From: an uncultured Clostridium sp.
GTDB lineage: Bacteria > Bacillota > Clostridia > TANB77 > CAG-508
Assembly: GCA_948472955.1 (NCBI GenBank)
Contig: CAOKVW010000001.1
Coordinates: 40,226 to 104,225, forward strand
Direction: 5' to 3'
DNA length: 64,000 nucleotides
Position 1 is the stretch's first letter, and each line of letters begins with the position of its first letter. Of this stretch, positions 29,639 to 41,175 are shown piece by piece. The notes below the pieces were generated by a model. That model worked only from the letters and a program-made list of their open reading frames with translations, searched no databases and was not told where the DNA came from. A program made the position numbers and the translations under genes.

Positions 29639-30139
29639 TTATTTATCCAAATAATGACTGATTTCTTCTAATCCTTCAAAATTTTTCTGTCGATAAACAT
29701 CGTATACAACAATATTAACAGAATTAGCAAGATTTAAGGACCTTAATGTCGGTCTCATTGGAATGCGAATCGTCTTATCAATATATTTATGTAATAAATT
29801 CTCTGGTAAGCCTTTTGTTTCCTTACCAAACAACAAAAATATCTCCTCCTTATCTTTATAATTGGGAGCAGAATAAACCTGTTTTCCCTTTGTTGTCACA
29901 AAAAACATCTCATTTTCTTCTGGCTTATATTTCTTTAAAAACTCATCTAACGATTTATGCTCCTCCAGTTCTACCTTATCCCAATAATCCAATCCGGCTC
30001 TTTTAACAGCCTTATCTGACACGTCAAATCCCAATGGATGTATTAAATGCAATTTAGCCCCTGTTGCTGCACAAGTTCTTGCAATATTTCCTGTATTTTG
30101 TGGTATCTCTGGTTCCACCATAACAACATGTATTCTCAC
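29639..30139 (-). CDS. trmL: tRNA (cytidine/uridine-2'-O)-methyltransferase TrmL (SpoU family)
   Basis: 'PEIPQNTGNIARTCAATGAKLHLI' SPOUT motif. 166-aa length. Confidence 0.85.
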   Translation of the reverse strand: MRIHVVMVEPEIPQNTGNIARTCAATGAKLHLIHPLGFDVSDKAVKRAGLDYWDKVELEEHKSLDEFLKKYKPEENEMFFVTTKGKQVYSAPNYKDKEEIFLLFGKETKGLPENLLHKYIDKTIRIPMRPTLRSLNLANSVNIVVYDVYRQKNFEGLEEISHYLDK

Positions 30140-30217
30140 TTTTATTCCCTCTTTCTTTTATCATAGCGAGTTTTGGACTATTACAAACTCGCTATTCCCA
30201 AACTCGTGATTTCAATT

Positions 30218-31009
30218 TTACTTGAATTGTTTTTGTCTTACATATTCATATAATATAATTCCTGTCGCTACAGAAGCATTCAAACTTTCTGTTCTTCCCA
30301 GCATTGGTATCTTTATTTTTTCATCAGCAAATTCTTGAATCTCTTTTTCCACTCCATTTGCTTCATTCCCAATAACAACTACTTTTTTATGATAATTAAC
30401 ATCATAAATGGTACTTTCCGTTTGTAAAGATGATACCATGATTTTAAATTTATGTTTTTTGATTTCTTTTAGCGTTTGTTTTAAATCTTCACACTCTATG
30501 ATTTTCACTCGAAAGATAGCTCCCATTGTAGAACGTACTACTTTTGGGTTGTAAGCATCTGCCGTTCCCTTCGATACTAGTATTTGTGTTAACCCTATAC
30601 TATCAACCGTTCTTAAAATCGCTCCTAAATTTCCTGGGTCTTGTATATCATTTAACGCTACTATCAAATCCTGTGTGTAATCCATTTGTGTATTGGCATT
30701 TGTTTTTTCTATAACCGCTAAAATCCCTTGTGGTGTCTGCACTTCTGATAAATACTTAAAGATTTTTTGCGTCACATAGATGCATTCATATTTAGCAATT
30801 TCATACATCACATCTTTTGGTATCGCTTCATTTCTCTCACAATCATCACACAAAATAATTTGTTTAATTGGTGCTTTTTCTTGTACTGCTTCTTCCACTA
30901 ATTTAATTCCCTCTATCACATATTCATGATTGATATCTCGATATTTCTTATCTTTAAGCTTTTTTACATGCTTGATAAATTCGTTCTCTTTACTGGTTAT
31001 TCTTTGCAT
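30218..31009 (-). CDS. TrmH-family RNA 2'-O-methyltransferase (RlmB/YacO-like)
   Basis: 'DPGNLGAILRTVDSIG', 'GNEANGV', 'SLNASVATGIILYE' SpoU motifs. Confidence 0.85.
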   Translation of the reverse strand: MQRITSKENEFIKHVKKLKDKKYRDINHEYVIEGIKLVEEAVQEKAPIKQIILCDDCERNEAIPKDVMYEIAKYECIYVTQKIFKYLSEVQTPQGILAVIEKTNANTQMDYTQDLIVALNDIQDPGNLGAILRTVDSIGLTQILVSKGTADAYNPKVVRSTMGAIFRVKIIECEDLKQTLKEIKKHKFKIMVSSLQTESTIYDVNYHKKVVVIGNEANGVEKEIQEFADEKIKIPMLGRTESLNASVATGIILYEYVRQKQFK

Positions 31010-31067
31010 ATTACTCTCCTTTACTAGTTAAGTACTTAACCCTCTTTTGCATTTCTTTAAAAACTTA

Positions 31068-31115
31068 ACCTGTCCCAAAAGTAGCCAAAAGGGGTATGAT
31101 GGTGCCTGTCCCAAA
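31068..31115 (+). repeat. 48-bp repeat, copy A (contains an internal 11-bp direct repeat CCTGTCCCAAA). Inverted partner at 44302-44350.
   Basis: 47/48 identity to the reverse complement of 44302-44350. Confidence 0.7.
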
Positions 31116-31127
31116 CGCACCCCAAAG

Positions 31128-34100
31128 TCACATCCTTAAAAATTCTGTTACGTCATTTAAAATTTGTCTTTCGTCGTCTTTTTCTATTTGTAGTGTTATC
31201 ATAGGTTTGATGCCTGCTGAGAATTTGATTCTGTTTCCATATTTTTTGACTAGTTTAGTGATGTCTAAGTCAAATTGATTTGGTTCAAAGGTAAATACGA
31301 CTGCTGTTTTCTTTTCTGTGTGTTTGCTTGCTATTTTACTGATTTTTAGTTGTTTTGCTAAATATTTAATTCTAGCGATGGCAATTAGATTTTCTACTTC
31401 AACTGGCATGTTACCAAAGCGGTCAATGATTTCATCTGTAACATTTTGTATGTTTTCTTCATTTTGACAAAGTGCAATATTTTGATAAATTTCTATTTTT
31501 TGATTGGCATCTGGTATATATTCATCTGGTATATAACTGGTTACGTTTAAGTCTATTTGAATTTCTATGTCTGGTTGGATTTGAATTCCTTGCATTTCTT
31601 TTACCACTTCGTCTAGCAAATGGCAATAGGTGTCATACCCCACTTGTTCTAAGTGACCGGATTGAATTTCTCCGAAGTAAGCTTCCTGCTCCTCTGATTT
31701 GCAGGTCTCTCATGGCTATTTTAAAGCCTGAACCAAATTCAGTAAATTCTTTGATGGCTTTTAATCTTTTGTCTGCTATTTCGGTTAATAATTTGTCTTT
31801 TTTATAAGTAATATAGGCATATGCCTGTCTGTCTGCTCTTCCTACTCTTCCTCGTATTTGATACAATTGAGCTAATCCCATTCTATCTGCATTTTCCACA
31901 ATAATGGTGTTGGCATTTGGTATGTCGATTCCGGATTCTAGTATGGTGGTACAAACTAATACATTGGTTTTTCCTTCCATAAATTCCTTCATGATTTCTT
32001 CGATTTTAGTTCCTGTCATCTTTCCATGTGCATAGACTACATTTGCTTCTGGTACTAGGCTGGCTATATTATTTGCCTTCTTTTGAATTCCCTCTACATG
32101 ATTGAATATATAAAATACTTGACCATTTCTTTCTAATTCTTTGGTAATCGCTTCTTTGATAACCTCTTCATCATATTCTAACACATAAGTTTGAACAGGT
32201 TTTCTGTTTTGTGGTGGTTCGTAAATGACTGACATATCTCGTATTCCTACGATTGACATGTGCATCGTTCTTGGGATTGGTGTTGCTGTCATGGTTAAGA
32301 CATCAACATTTGTTTTTAATTGCTTGATTTTTTCCTTGGCTTTTACTCCGAAGCGATGTTCTTCATCAATAATTAATAGTCCCAAATCTTTAAATTCAAT
32401 ATCTTTACTCAAAATTCGATGCGTTCCAATTACAATGTCTACTTCGCCTAATTTTAATTTTCTAACGACTTCGTCTTGATATTTCTTACTTTTAAATCGA
32501 TTTAAAATTTCTACTGTAATCGGAAAATCTTTCATTCTTTCTTTGAATTCTTGGTATTGTTGTTCTGCTAAAACAGTAGTTGGTGCTAGGTAAGCAACTT
32601 GCTTTTGGTCCATAACTGCTTTAAAAGCTGCTCTTAGAGCCACTTCTGTCTTTCCATATCCTACATCACCACATAATAATCGGTCCATTGGTTTTACGGT
32701 TTCCATATCTTTTTTTACTTCTTCAATACAACGCAACTGGTCATCTGTCTCTTGATAAGGAAATTTTGCTTCAAATTCATTTTGCCAAGGGGTATCGTGA
32801 CTAAATGCAAACCCTTGCATTTTTTCCCTTTTGGCATATAATTCGATTAACTCTTTTGCTACTTCTCGTAAATTATTTTTTACTTTTGTTTTCGTATTTT
32901 CCCATTCTTTGCTTCCTAAACGATTTATTTTTGGCTGAATGTTATCTCCACCAATATACTTTCGAACAGAGTCTAAATCATTGGTTGGTATATATAAAAT
33001 ATCATCATTTTTATATTTTATTTTAATATAATCTTTTATCGTTCCATCTGCTTGGATAGTATTAACGCCAATATAAATACCAATTCCGTATTTTTTATGA
33101 ACAACGTAATCTCCGACTTTTAAGTCGGCAAAGACTATCTTTTCTCCTTCTTTAAACTCACTGCTTACCAGTCGTCTTTTTCTTTTTTCTCCATCCATTA
33201 AGTCATCTGCAACAATAACTAATTCTTGTAACTCATAAGCTTCCCATCCTGCTGATAAAGTTCCAATGGTAATGGTTACAATCGATTGATTTGCTTTTAC
33301 GATAATGGTTTGATTTAATTGTTCTTCTATTTTGTTTATGATATTTTTGTCATTTAATAAAGCTTGTAGCTTTTTTGCTTTTTCTTTCGTAGATACTAGC
33401 ATATATATTTTTTTCTTTTCTTGGATTGCCTTTTGTAAATCTTCTATTAAATTATCTAGTTCACTTTTGTAGTAATTTACCTCTCTGTATGCAAATTTGT
33501 ATTTCTCATTTGCTAATTTATTTTCCCTATCTTGTTTTTCGATATAAACAATTTGCCTGTTTTGCAGTTTTTCTTCTATTTCTTCATAGGTTACCAAATT
33601 GGTAATGGCATCTGGTATGATTTTTTCTTTTTCTAATAAAGCTTTTCTTAAATTGTTGTTATCGATTGCGAGGTTCGTTGCTCTTTGTTTTATTTTCCCA
33701 ATTTCTTCTAAAAATATACAATAATGCGTAGATAAATAGTCTAGTAAGGTTTCTTGTTTTTCATAAAAACAGTTAAAATATTTATCTATTTTACTGATAT
33801 AATTTCCTGCTTTTATTTGTTCGATATCTTCTTCTATTATTTCCTTTTGTTTCTGGTTACTAACTGTTTCTTCTATTTTTTGACAGATTTTTTCAATGGA
33901 TTTTTCTAAAATGTATTCATGGGCTGGATAAATGGTAGCTTTTTCTAATGTGCCAACTGACCTTTGACTGGTAATGCTAAAGTTTCGGATAGAATCGATT
34001 TCGTCTCCCCAAAACTCAATTCTAACACCTGTTTTTTCATTGGTAGCAATATCAAGAATACCTCCACGAATACTAAATTGTCCTCTTCCTTCTATTAAAT

Positions 34101-34590
34101 CGTATCTTACATATCCTAGTTGAATCAATTTTTGCTTAATTTCATCTAAAGAATAGGTCTCTCCTATTTTGAAATTTAATTCATTGGCATATAGCATTTC
34201 TTTTTTGGGTAGCTTTTGGGTGATAGCTTCTACGGTAGTGACTACGATTAAATTTTTTCTGGATTTTATCTGGTTGAAAGCTTCAATTCTTTGATAGGGA
34301 AGCTCTTTGCTTTCTGCTATATAGTCATAAGTTACAATCTCCTTTTTGGGAAATAATACAATATTGTCTGTAAAGTATTGAATGTCTTGATATAATTTTT
34401 TTGCTTGGATTTCATTGTAGGTAACAATGCAAATTGGCTTTTTTCCGAATTCATGGATGGCTGTTCCGATTTGTATCATTCCCACGTCAGTTAAGCCCGA
34501 TATGGCTATCGGACTTGTTTTGTTTTCGATTTGTTTTAGTAAATCAATGAATTTTTCTGATTTACCAAGCTCTCCTAAAATGGTATTCAT
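31128..34590 (-). CDS. mfd: Transcription-repair coupling factor Mfd. A frameshift near 31640-31700 separates the C-terminal TRCF domain.
   Basis: UvrB-homology N-terminus. 'LLCGDVGYGKTEVA' and 'IIDEEHRFGV' helicase motifs. C-terminal TRCF domain in the downstream ORF. Confidence 0.9.
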
Positions 34591-34599
34591 TTTTTTCTC

Positions 34600-36582
34600 C
34601 TACATTTTTATCACTAATTTATCAAACTTAGCATGAATATAATTCTTTAATTTGGTCATAAACTCCTCTGGTTTAATTTCCTTTTTAGCTACCAAATCTA
34701 AGCCTTTTTCCCAACTAGCAGTAAGTTTTGGATTTAGCATATCTGGCATAGAGCCATACACAATATCATAAATTTTCTCTCCTTTCTGAGTTGGTGTAAT
34801 AATCTGTGTTTTATTATTTACCTCAATATATTTGATTTTTTCTAACTTTTTCATGATTTCTGCTCTGGTTGCACTGGTTCCAATCCCAGCTCCTTTAATT
34901 TGCTCCCTTAATTCCTCTTCTTCAATCAGTTTTCCCGCATTTTCCATGGCTAAAATAATGGAACCCGAATTATATCTAGTTGGTGGTGAAGTCTCGGCAT
35001 CTTTTATCTCGAAATTTTTAATTTCAATCGTTTGACCTTTTTTTAAATTTTTTAAAATTTCTATGTTATCATCTTCTTGCTTTTTATTGTTGTCATTTTG
35101 TGTACTTTCCATTCTGTTTTCCACATTTTCTTCCTTTTTTGTGGATTTCTTTTCTCCTTTTTCAATCGGTTTCAAAATTTCTAGAAATCCTTGTTTCACA
35201 CAAACCTTTCCACTGCAATGAAATGTCTCATTTTTTATGCTGACGGTTACTTGCATTTTGCTATATTCTGCTGGGGGATAAAAAATGGCTAGAAATCTTT
35301 TTACAATTACTTTATAAACTTGCTTTTGTAAATCTGGCAATTGATTGTAATTTTCATATCCTTGTCCCGTTGGTATGATAGCGTAATGGTCCGTAATTTT
35401 ACTGTCATTGACATATTTGGTTTTTATCAAATCGGTAGCATATTTTTCTTCCACCATTTTTTTAATATACCCTTGTATTTCTTCGTCTTGGAAACCTCTT
35501 GCTATTCCATTCAAATTTTTCGTTATTTCTTTTGCAACTGCTGTTGAAAGTACTCTTGCATCTGTTCTTGGGTAAGTTACTAACTTTTTTTCATATAAAT
35601 TTTGTATGATTTCTAAGGTTTCATCTGGTTTGATTTTAAATCTTTTGGTACATTGATTTTGAATCTCTGCTAAGTTGAACAAAAGTGGTGCATTCTCTTT
35701 TTGCTTAGACTTTTTTAATTCCGTTATGGTTGCTTGTTTTCCCTTTAAACTTGCTATAAAATCTTTAGCATCTTGTTCTTTCTTAAATCCTGTCTCATTA
35801 TATAGTTTAGTAGATTCATACATTTCTGATTTTTCATTGACTTTCCATTCTGCCTTAAAAGAAGCTATTTCATCACCAAACTGTCCTAAAATTTTATAAT
35901 ATTTTGTCTTGACAAAATTTCTAATTTCTCTTTCTCTTCCTACAATCATACCCAATACGCATGTCATAACTCTACCAACTGATATAGAAGCTTTGTCTTC
36001 CTGAATGCTTTTCGCTAATTGTCTTCCATAAATAATGGATAATAATCTTGAAAAATTAATACCAATTAGATAATCCTCTTTTGCTCTTAGATAGGCACTA
36101 TCAGACAGACTATCATATTCTGATAAATCTTTGGCTTCTCGAATTCCTCTTGTAATTTCTTCCTCTGTTTGGGAATCAATCCATACTCTTTTCATTTTAG
36201 CTTTTGGATTCGGTTTTGCCATCATAAATACTAATCTTTGTATGTACTCTCCTTCACGTCCAGAGTCTCCTGCATTATAGATTTCTTCAATGTCTTCTCT
36301 TTGCATCAATTCTTTTACAATGTTAAATTGATTTTGTACGGCTGGAATGATTTCATATTTCCAATCTTCTGGAATAAAAGGAAGCGTTTCTAATCGCCAT
36401 AATTTTAATTTTTCATCGTATTTATCTGGATAACTCATTGTCACTAAATGTCCCACACACCATGTGATAATCCATTTCTCTGATTCTAAATATCCATTTC
36501 TTCGATTGGTGGTTATTTTTAATGCTTTTGCAAATTCCATAGCAACTGATGGCTTCTCTGTTATCAATAATTTTTTGCCCAA
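34600..36582 (-). CDS. topB: DNA topoisomerase III (type IA)
   Basis: 'LLITEKPSVA' TOPRIM and topoisomerase IA domain similarity. Confidence 0.8.
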   Translation of the reverse strand: MGKKLLITEKPSVAMEFAKALKITTNRRNGYLESEKWIITWCVGHLVTMSYPDKYDEKLKLWRLETLPFIPEDWKYEIIPAVQNQFNIVKELMQREDIEEIYNAGDSGREGEYIQRLVFMMAKPNPKAKMKRVWIDSQTEEEITRGIREAKDLSEYDSLSDSAYLRAKEDYLIGINFSRLLSIIYGRQLAKSIQEDKASISVGRVMTCVLGMIVGREREIRNFVKTKYYKILGQFGDEIASFKAEWKVNEKSEMYESTKLYNETGFKKEQDAKDFIASLKGKQATITELKKSKQKENAPLLFNLAEIQNQCTKRFKIKPDETLEIIQNLYEKKLVTYPRTDARVLSTAVAKEITKNLNGIARGFQDEEIQGYIKKMVEEKYATDLIKTKYVNDSKITDHYAIIPTGQGYENYNQLPDLQKQVYKVIVKRFLAIFYPPAEYSKMQVTVSIKNETFHCSGKVCVKQGFLEILKPIEKGEKKSTKKEENVENRMESTQNDNNKKQEDDNIEILKNLKKGQTIEIKNFEIKDAETSPPTRYNSGSIILAMENAGKLIEEEELREQIKGAGIGTSATRAEIMKKLEKIKYIEVNNKTQIITPTQKGEKIYDIVYGSMPDMLNPKLTASWEKGLDLVAKKEIKPEEFMTKLKNYIHAKFDKLVIKM

Positions 36583-36840
36583 ATTTACTACAATCCTTTC
36601 TTCTTTTTTATTACTCTATTTTTAACGAAGTTTATTATATTTTTTATATTGTAGGAAAGTTCTCCTAGTAGGAGGACTTTCTGTACAAGATAAATATGGG
36701 AATTTATAGAATTTCTTTGCGGTTATCACCGCTTAGATTTCTTAGCCGTATGAGCATTAGCGAATTACGGATAAGTTATGCGTTAGAAAATTCTTAAATT
36801 CGTTTTTTATGAAATGACAATTTCTAAAATACTAGCTTAG

Positions 36841-37020
36841 ATATCATATATTATTTGCGACACCTCGTAAGCGACCAGCCTCTGCATACTGCCACTGTAA
36901 CAAGCAAAGCTTTAACAGTGGACAGCAAAACGAGCAAAAGCGAGTGCGATTGGAGCAACCATCTGCATTTTAAATTAAGAAGGTTGCGACACACAAGGTG
37001 TAAAAAATAATATATGATAT
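36841..37020 (+). ncRNA. Candidate structured small RNA / structured repeat element, copy 1 (about 180 nt). The function call is uncertain.
   Basis: 24-bp terminal helix (atatcatatattattt...aaataatatatgatat). Conserved gcaacc/ggttgc stem with a variable loop. Extra internal hairpin ccactgt/acagtgg. Homologous to 48779-48921. -35/-10-like TGACAA-17-TAGATA upstream. Confidence 0.4.
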
Positions 37021-37050
37021 CTTAAGTTTTCAGTATGTAATGTGTAAACT

Positions 37051-37824
37051 TTATGAATGAATATTATCCTCAATATATTCATTCACTATTCTTTTTACCT
37101 TCATCATTTCGTCCCTTGTCTTTGGTATTTGGTAATAAAATTTATCAATCATCTTATTCATATTATCATTTTCTTTTAAAACTTTAAAACTATAAGAAAA
37201 ATTAATATCAAAAACATAAGAAGCAAAACGTAAAATTTGGTCTGTTTCGCTAATACGATTCCTACTATCTGCCAATTTCTTTTGATAAACATTTTCTAGC
37301 ATTTTTTCCGACAATTTGCCTTCTTCTACTTGTCTCCTTCTTTCTGGTTCTTCCCAATAAATAACTGCCCCTTCATAGATAAGGTCTAATTTATCGGCAT
37401 CTCTTATCATTTTACAAAATAGCTCTTTTTCTTGTGACAAACCTTCTGATATTTGGTATTTATTGTGTTCCTGTACAGCTGTATAAATAATATCATCATA
37501 GGTATCTTCCTCTATATATTTTCTGATATAATTGTCTTTTTTTAAGATTTCTACTCCCGTTTCTCCATGATTAAATTTTTCTTTTTGCTTTTTATCTATT
37601 ATTTTATATTGCTCAAACCTTCCTATATCATGAAGCAATCCAATTAATTCTGCTAATTGAATTTGCTCTTCTGTTAATTTTAAATGAATGGCTAATTTTT
37701 TACAATTTTCTGCCACTCTTATAATATGCCCTAATTTCATCTGTATTCTTGGATTGTCTATTGATAGTTCATTAACATGTTTTACTAATTCTTTTTTGGC
37801 ATTTTCAATATTTATCATAATCAC
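37051..37824 (-). CDS. HD-domain phosphohydrolase
   Basis: 'LIGLLHDIGRFEQY' HD motif. Confidence 0.7.
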   Translation of the reverse strand: MIMINIENAKKELVKHVNELSIDNPRIQMKLGHIIRVAENCKKLAIHLKLTEEQIQLAELIGLLHDIGRFEQYKIIDKKQKEKFNHGETGVEILKKDNYIRKYIEEDTYDDIIYTAVQEHNKYQISEGLSQEKELFCKMIRDADKLDLIYEGAVIYWEEPERRRQVEEGKLSEKMLENVYQKKLADSRNRISETDQILRFASYVFDINFSYSFKVLKENDNMNKMIDKFYYQIPKTRDEMMKVKRIVNEYIEDNIHS

Positions 37825-38037
37825 ACCTCGCTTTGCATTGTATCATTTTTGTAATATAAATTCAAGAATATTGAAAATCTTGCAAATATTTAGATTTGAA
37901 ATGTTACAAAATTTTGAATGTATCATCATATTTTACTTGAATCTCTAACAGTTTTATTGTATAATAAGTAAAATAAAAAGTGAATTCAAGAATTTATAAC
38001 ATTCGCATATTTAATTTCACGAAAGGAGTTTCAATTT

Positions 38038-40425
38038 ATGGATTATAAATTTAATGAGATTGAACAAAAATGGCAAAATTACTGGGATGAAAATAAAACC
38101 TTTTTTACTGATGTATGGGATTTTTCAAAGCCAAAGTTTTATGCATTAGATATGTTTCCCTATCCATCTGGTCAAGGTCTACATGTAGGACATCCAGAAG
38201 GATATACAGCTACTGATATTATGTCCAGAATGAAGAGAATGCAAGGTTATAATGTTTTACATCCAATGGGTTGGGATGCCTTTGGCTTACCAGCAGAACA
38301 ATATGCTATCAAAACAGGAAATCATCCAGCTGGTTTTACCGCTAGTAATATTGCAACCTTTAAAAAGCAATTAAAAATGCTTGGACTTTCTTTTGATTGG
38401 GATAAAGAGATTTCTACTTGTGACCCAGATTATTACAAATGGACACAATGGATTTTTAAACAATTATTCCAAGATGGCTTAGCAAAATTAGTGGAAATGC
38501 CTGTTAACTGGTGTGAAGAATTAGGTTGTGTGTTATCCAATGATGAAGTAATTAATGGAAAAAGTGAAAGAGGTGGCTTTCCTGTTGTTCGTAAAAACAT
38601 GAAACAATGGGTTCTAGACATTCCTCAATATGCTGATATTTTATTAGATGGACTAGATGAAATTGATTGGCCGGAATCTACCAAAGAAATTCAAAGAAAT
38701 TGGATTGGTCGTAGCGAAGGTGCTGAAGTTACTTTTAAAGTAGCCAATCATAACTTAGAATTTACTGTATTTACAACAAGACCAGACACTTTATTTGGAG
38801 CTACTTATTGCGTATTAGCACCAGAATTAGAATTAGTAAATCAAATTACTACATCTGACTGCCAAGAAGCTGTTGAAGCATACAAAAAGGTAGCTGCTAG
38901 TAAATCGGATTTAGAAAGAACCGAATTAAATAAAGAAAAAACTGGTGTATTTACAGGTGCTTATGCCATCAATCCAGTCAATAGAAAAGAAATTCCTATT
39001 TGGATTTCTGATTATGTTTTGGCAACCTATGGTACAGGAAGTATTATGGCAGTTCCTGCTCATGACCAAAGGGATTATGAGTTTGCTACAAAATTTGGAA
39101 TCGACATTATTCCTGTTTTAGAAGGTGGCGATATTACAAAAGAAGCCTTTACAGAGGATGGTCCTCATATTAATTCTGATTTTTTAAATGGTTTGAGAAA
39201 ACAAGAAGCGATTCATAAAATGATTACCTGGCTAGAAGAAAACAAAATTGGTACAAAAAAAGTAAATTATAAACTTCGTGAATGGATTTTTGCAAGACAA
39301 CGTTATTGGGGAGAACCGATTCCAATTGTATATGTAGATGATGAAATGAAAGCTTTAGCAGATAGCGATTTACCTTTAGTTTTACCCGAATTAGAAGACT
39401 ATGCTCCATCCAAAGCTGGTGCTTCTCCTTTAGATAAAGCAACTGATTGGGTAAATACTGAATTTGAAAACAAACCAGCTAAACGTGAAACAAGTACAAT
39501 GCCTGGAGCTGCTGGCTCTAGTTGGTATTTCTTAAGATATATCGACCCTAAAAACCAAGATGAATTAGCCAATAAAAAGTTACTAGAATACTGGTTACCT
39601 GTTGATTTGTATGTTGGTGGTCCTGAACATGCTGTTGGGCATTTATTATATGCTAGATTTTGGAATCAATATTTATACAATAAAGGTATTGTTCCTATCA
39701 AAGAACCATTTGCTAAACTTCGCCATCAAGGTATGATTTTAGGTACCAATGGTGAAAAAATGAGTAAATCGAAAGGAAATGTTATTAACCCAGATGATAT
39801 GATAAAACAATATGGTGCTGATAGCTTAAGAGTTTATGAAATGTTTATGGGACCAATTGAAGCTGCTAAACCATGGGACCCAAACGGAATTGATGGTTCT
39901 AAAAAATTCTTAGATAGAGTTTGGAGATTATATACCGAATCTGAAAAAATAAAAGATGAAATAAATCCAAATCTTGAAAGGGTTTATCATTTTACAGTAA
40001 AAAAGGTAACCAATGACTATGAAACAATGAATTTTAATACCGCTATTTCACAAATGATGATTTTCATCAATACTGTCAATAAAGAAACTATCTTCCCTCT
40101 TAGTTATGCAGAAGGATTTCTAAAATTATTAAATCCTGTTGCTCCTCATATAACGGAGGAATTATGGAATATGTTAGGTCATACTGATACCATTACTTAC
40201 GAAAAATGGCCTACTTATGACGAAGAGAAAACCATAGCAAATGAAATAACATTACCGATTCAATTGAATGGCAAATTAAAAGCTACCATTCAAATCATTC
40301 CTGATGAAGAGGAGTCTGTTGTAAAACAAAAGGTTCATGAAATGATTGATTCTAAATTAGAGGGAAAAACGATTATAAAAGAAATTTATGTAAAAAATAA
40401 GATTTATAATATTGTTGTGAAATAA
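38038..40425 (+). CDS. leuS: Leucine--tRNA ligase
   Basis: '[20 protein letters not shown]' HIGH region, 'KMSKSKGN' KMSKS motif, 795 aa. Confidence 0.95.
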   Translation: MDYKFNEIEQKWQNYWDENKTFFTDVWDFSKPKFYALDMFPYPSGQGLHVGHPEGYTATDIMSRMKRMQGYNVLHPMGWDAFGLPAEQYAIKTGNHPAGFTASNIATFKKQLKMLGLSFDWDKEISTCDPDYYKWTQWIFKQLFQDGLAKLVEMPVNWCEELGCVLSNDEVINGKSERGGFPVVRKNMKQWVLDIPQYADILLDGLDEIDWPESTKEIQRNWIGRSEGAEVTFKVANHNLEFTVFTTRPDTLFGATYCVLAPELELVNQITTSDCQEAVEAYKKVAASKSDLERTELNKEKTGVFTGAYAINPVNRKEIPIWISDYVLATYGTGSIMAVPAHDQRDYEFATKFGIDIIPVLEGGDITKEAFTEDGPHINSDFLNGLRKQEAIHKMITWLEENKIGTKKVNYKLREWIFARQRYWGEPIPIVYVDDEMKALADSDLPLVLPELEDYAPSKAGASPLDKATDWVNTEFENKPAKRETSTMPGAAGSSWYFLRYIDPKNQDELANKKLLEYWLPVDLYVGGPEHAVGHLLYARFWNQYLYNKGIVPIKEPFAKLRHQGMILGTNGEKMSKSKGNVINPDDMIKQYGADSLRVYEMFMGPIEAAKPWDPNGIDGSKKFLDRVWRLYTESEKIKDEINPNLERVYHFTVKKVTNDYETMNFNTAISQMMIFINTVNKETIFPLSYAEGFLKLLNPVAPHITEELWNMLGHTDTITYEKWPTYDEEKTIANEITLPIQLNGKLKATIQIIPDEEESVVKQKVHEMIDSKLEGKTIIKEIYVKNKIYNIVVK

Positions 40426-40432
40426 TTTATTT

Positions 40433-40476
40433 AGCCTATTAGACTGTGTTTTTATCTAAGTTCTAATAGGCTTTTA
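40433..40476. terminator. Bidirectional terminator between leuS and the convergent repeat-protein gene
   Basis: agcctattag ... ctaataggct 10-bp stem followed by a T-run. Confidence 0.55.
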
Positions 40477-40944
40477 TAAACCTTGAACTTGAACTTTATT
40501 TAATAAAAAGTCAATTTCCGTGTCATGATTTTCAAGTTTTTTTTCACAAAACTTGATGTTTTCTTCTTGCTTTTCTATTTTTTGTGTGTTTGTAGTAAAA
40601 GCATCAAATAATGCTCTTAATTTGTCTCCATGCTCATGCTCGATGACAGCTACACTTCTGCTGATATTTCTTATATCTTGTTGCATTTGTAATATGTCTT
40701 TCTGCATTTGTGGTATTTTTGCTATCTCTTTTTGCATTTCTGGTATCTTTGCTATTTCTTTTTGCATTTGTGCTATGTCTTTCTGCATTTGTGGTATTTT
40801 TGCTATCTCTTTTTGCATTTCTGGTATCTTTGCTACTTCTTTTTGTATCTCCGGAATTTTCCCCACTTGTTCTTGCATAACATCTATTTTAACACTAATA
40901 TTTTGAATAGCAGCCAATATTTCATTTTTTGCCTCACTCTCCAT
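40474..40944 (-). CDS. Tandem-repeat coiled-coil protein with seven [KIPxMQKEIA]/[QMQKDIA] units. Function unknown.
   Basis: In-frame 30-nt and 21-nt DNA tandem repeats across about 40655-40880. Confidence 0.5.
   Translation of the reverse strand: MESEAKNEILAAIQNISVKIDVMQEQVGKIPEIQKEVAKIPEMQKEIAKIPQMQKDIAQMQKEIAKIPEMQKEIAKIPQMQKDILQMQQDIRNISRSVAVIEHEHGDKLRALFDAFTTNTQKIEKQEENIKFCEKKLENHDTEIDFLLNKVQVQGL
40655..40880. repeat. In-frame tandem DNA repeats (30/21-nt units) inside the repeat-protein gene. Candidate variable-number locus.
   Basis: Reiterated tttttgcatttctggtatctttgctat(c/t)tc units. Confidence 0.7.
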
Positions 40945-41175
40945 AAAATCTCCTCCTTTCCTATATTCTACAATTAATTGTGTTATTATTATACACAGCT
41001 AGAACTGATATGTCAAGAAAAATCCATAGACAAATTTCGACTTTTTGTTCTTTTCTTTTATTAACCCTTCAAACTCTTCTGTCATAAAACTGTAAATAAC
41101 ATTTAATATTCTTGAAACACATTCGCTTTATTTTTATAGTATAATAGGTTTAGATTATACTAAGGAGAATTATCA

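Noticed and set aside
31096-31278. ORF 31096-31278(+) starting inside the 48-bp repeat (MMVPVP...)
   Set aside because: It is antisense to the mfd C-terminal domain. The ATGATGG inside the repeat looks like a chance start. Copy B gives only a 17-aa ORF.
36583-37040. tmRNA or RNase P RNA in the 470-bp topB / HD-protein spacer
   Set aside because: There is no tRNA-like 3' end with a tag ORF (tmRNA), and no GGAAAGUCCGGGC, AGGGCAGUC or A-C-A-G-A-A P4 signatures (RNase P). The conserved part matches the second copy at 48.8 kb instead.
37830-38037. T-box riboswitch expected upstream of leuS
   Set aside because: The leader is only about 200 nt. It is extremely AT-rich and lacks the AGGGUGGNACCGCG T-box motif and the specifier/antiterminator architecture.
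40553-40977. Plus-strand ORFs 40553-40906 and 40708-40977
   Set aside because: They are the reverse-strand reading of the tandem repeats (Cys/Phe-rich repeat artefact). The minus-strand repeat protein has coherent unique termini and a shared terminator with leuS.
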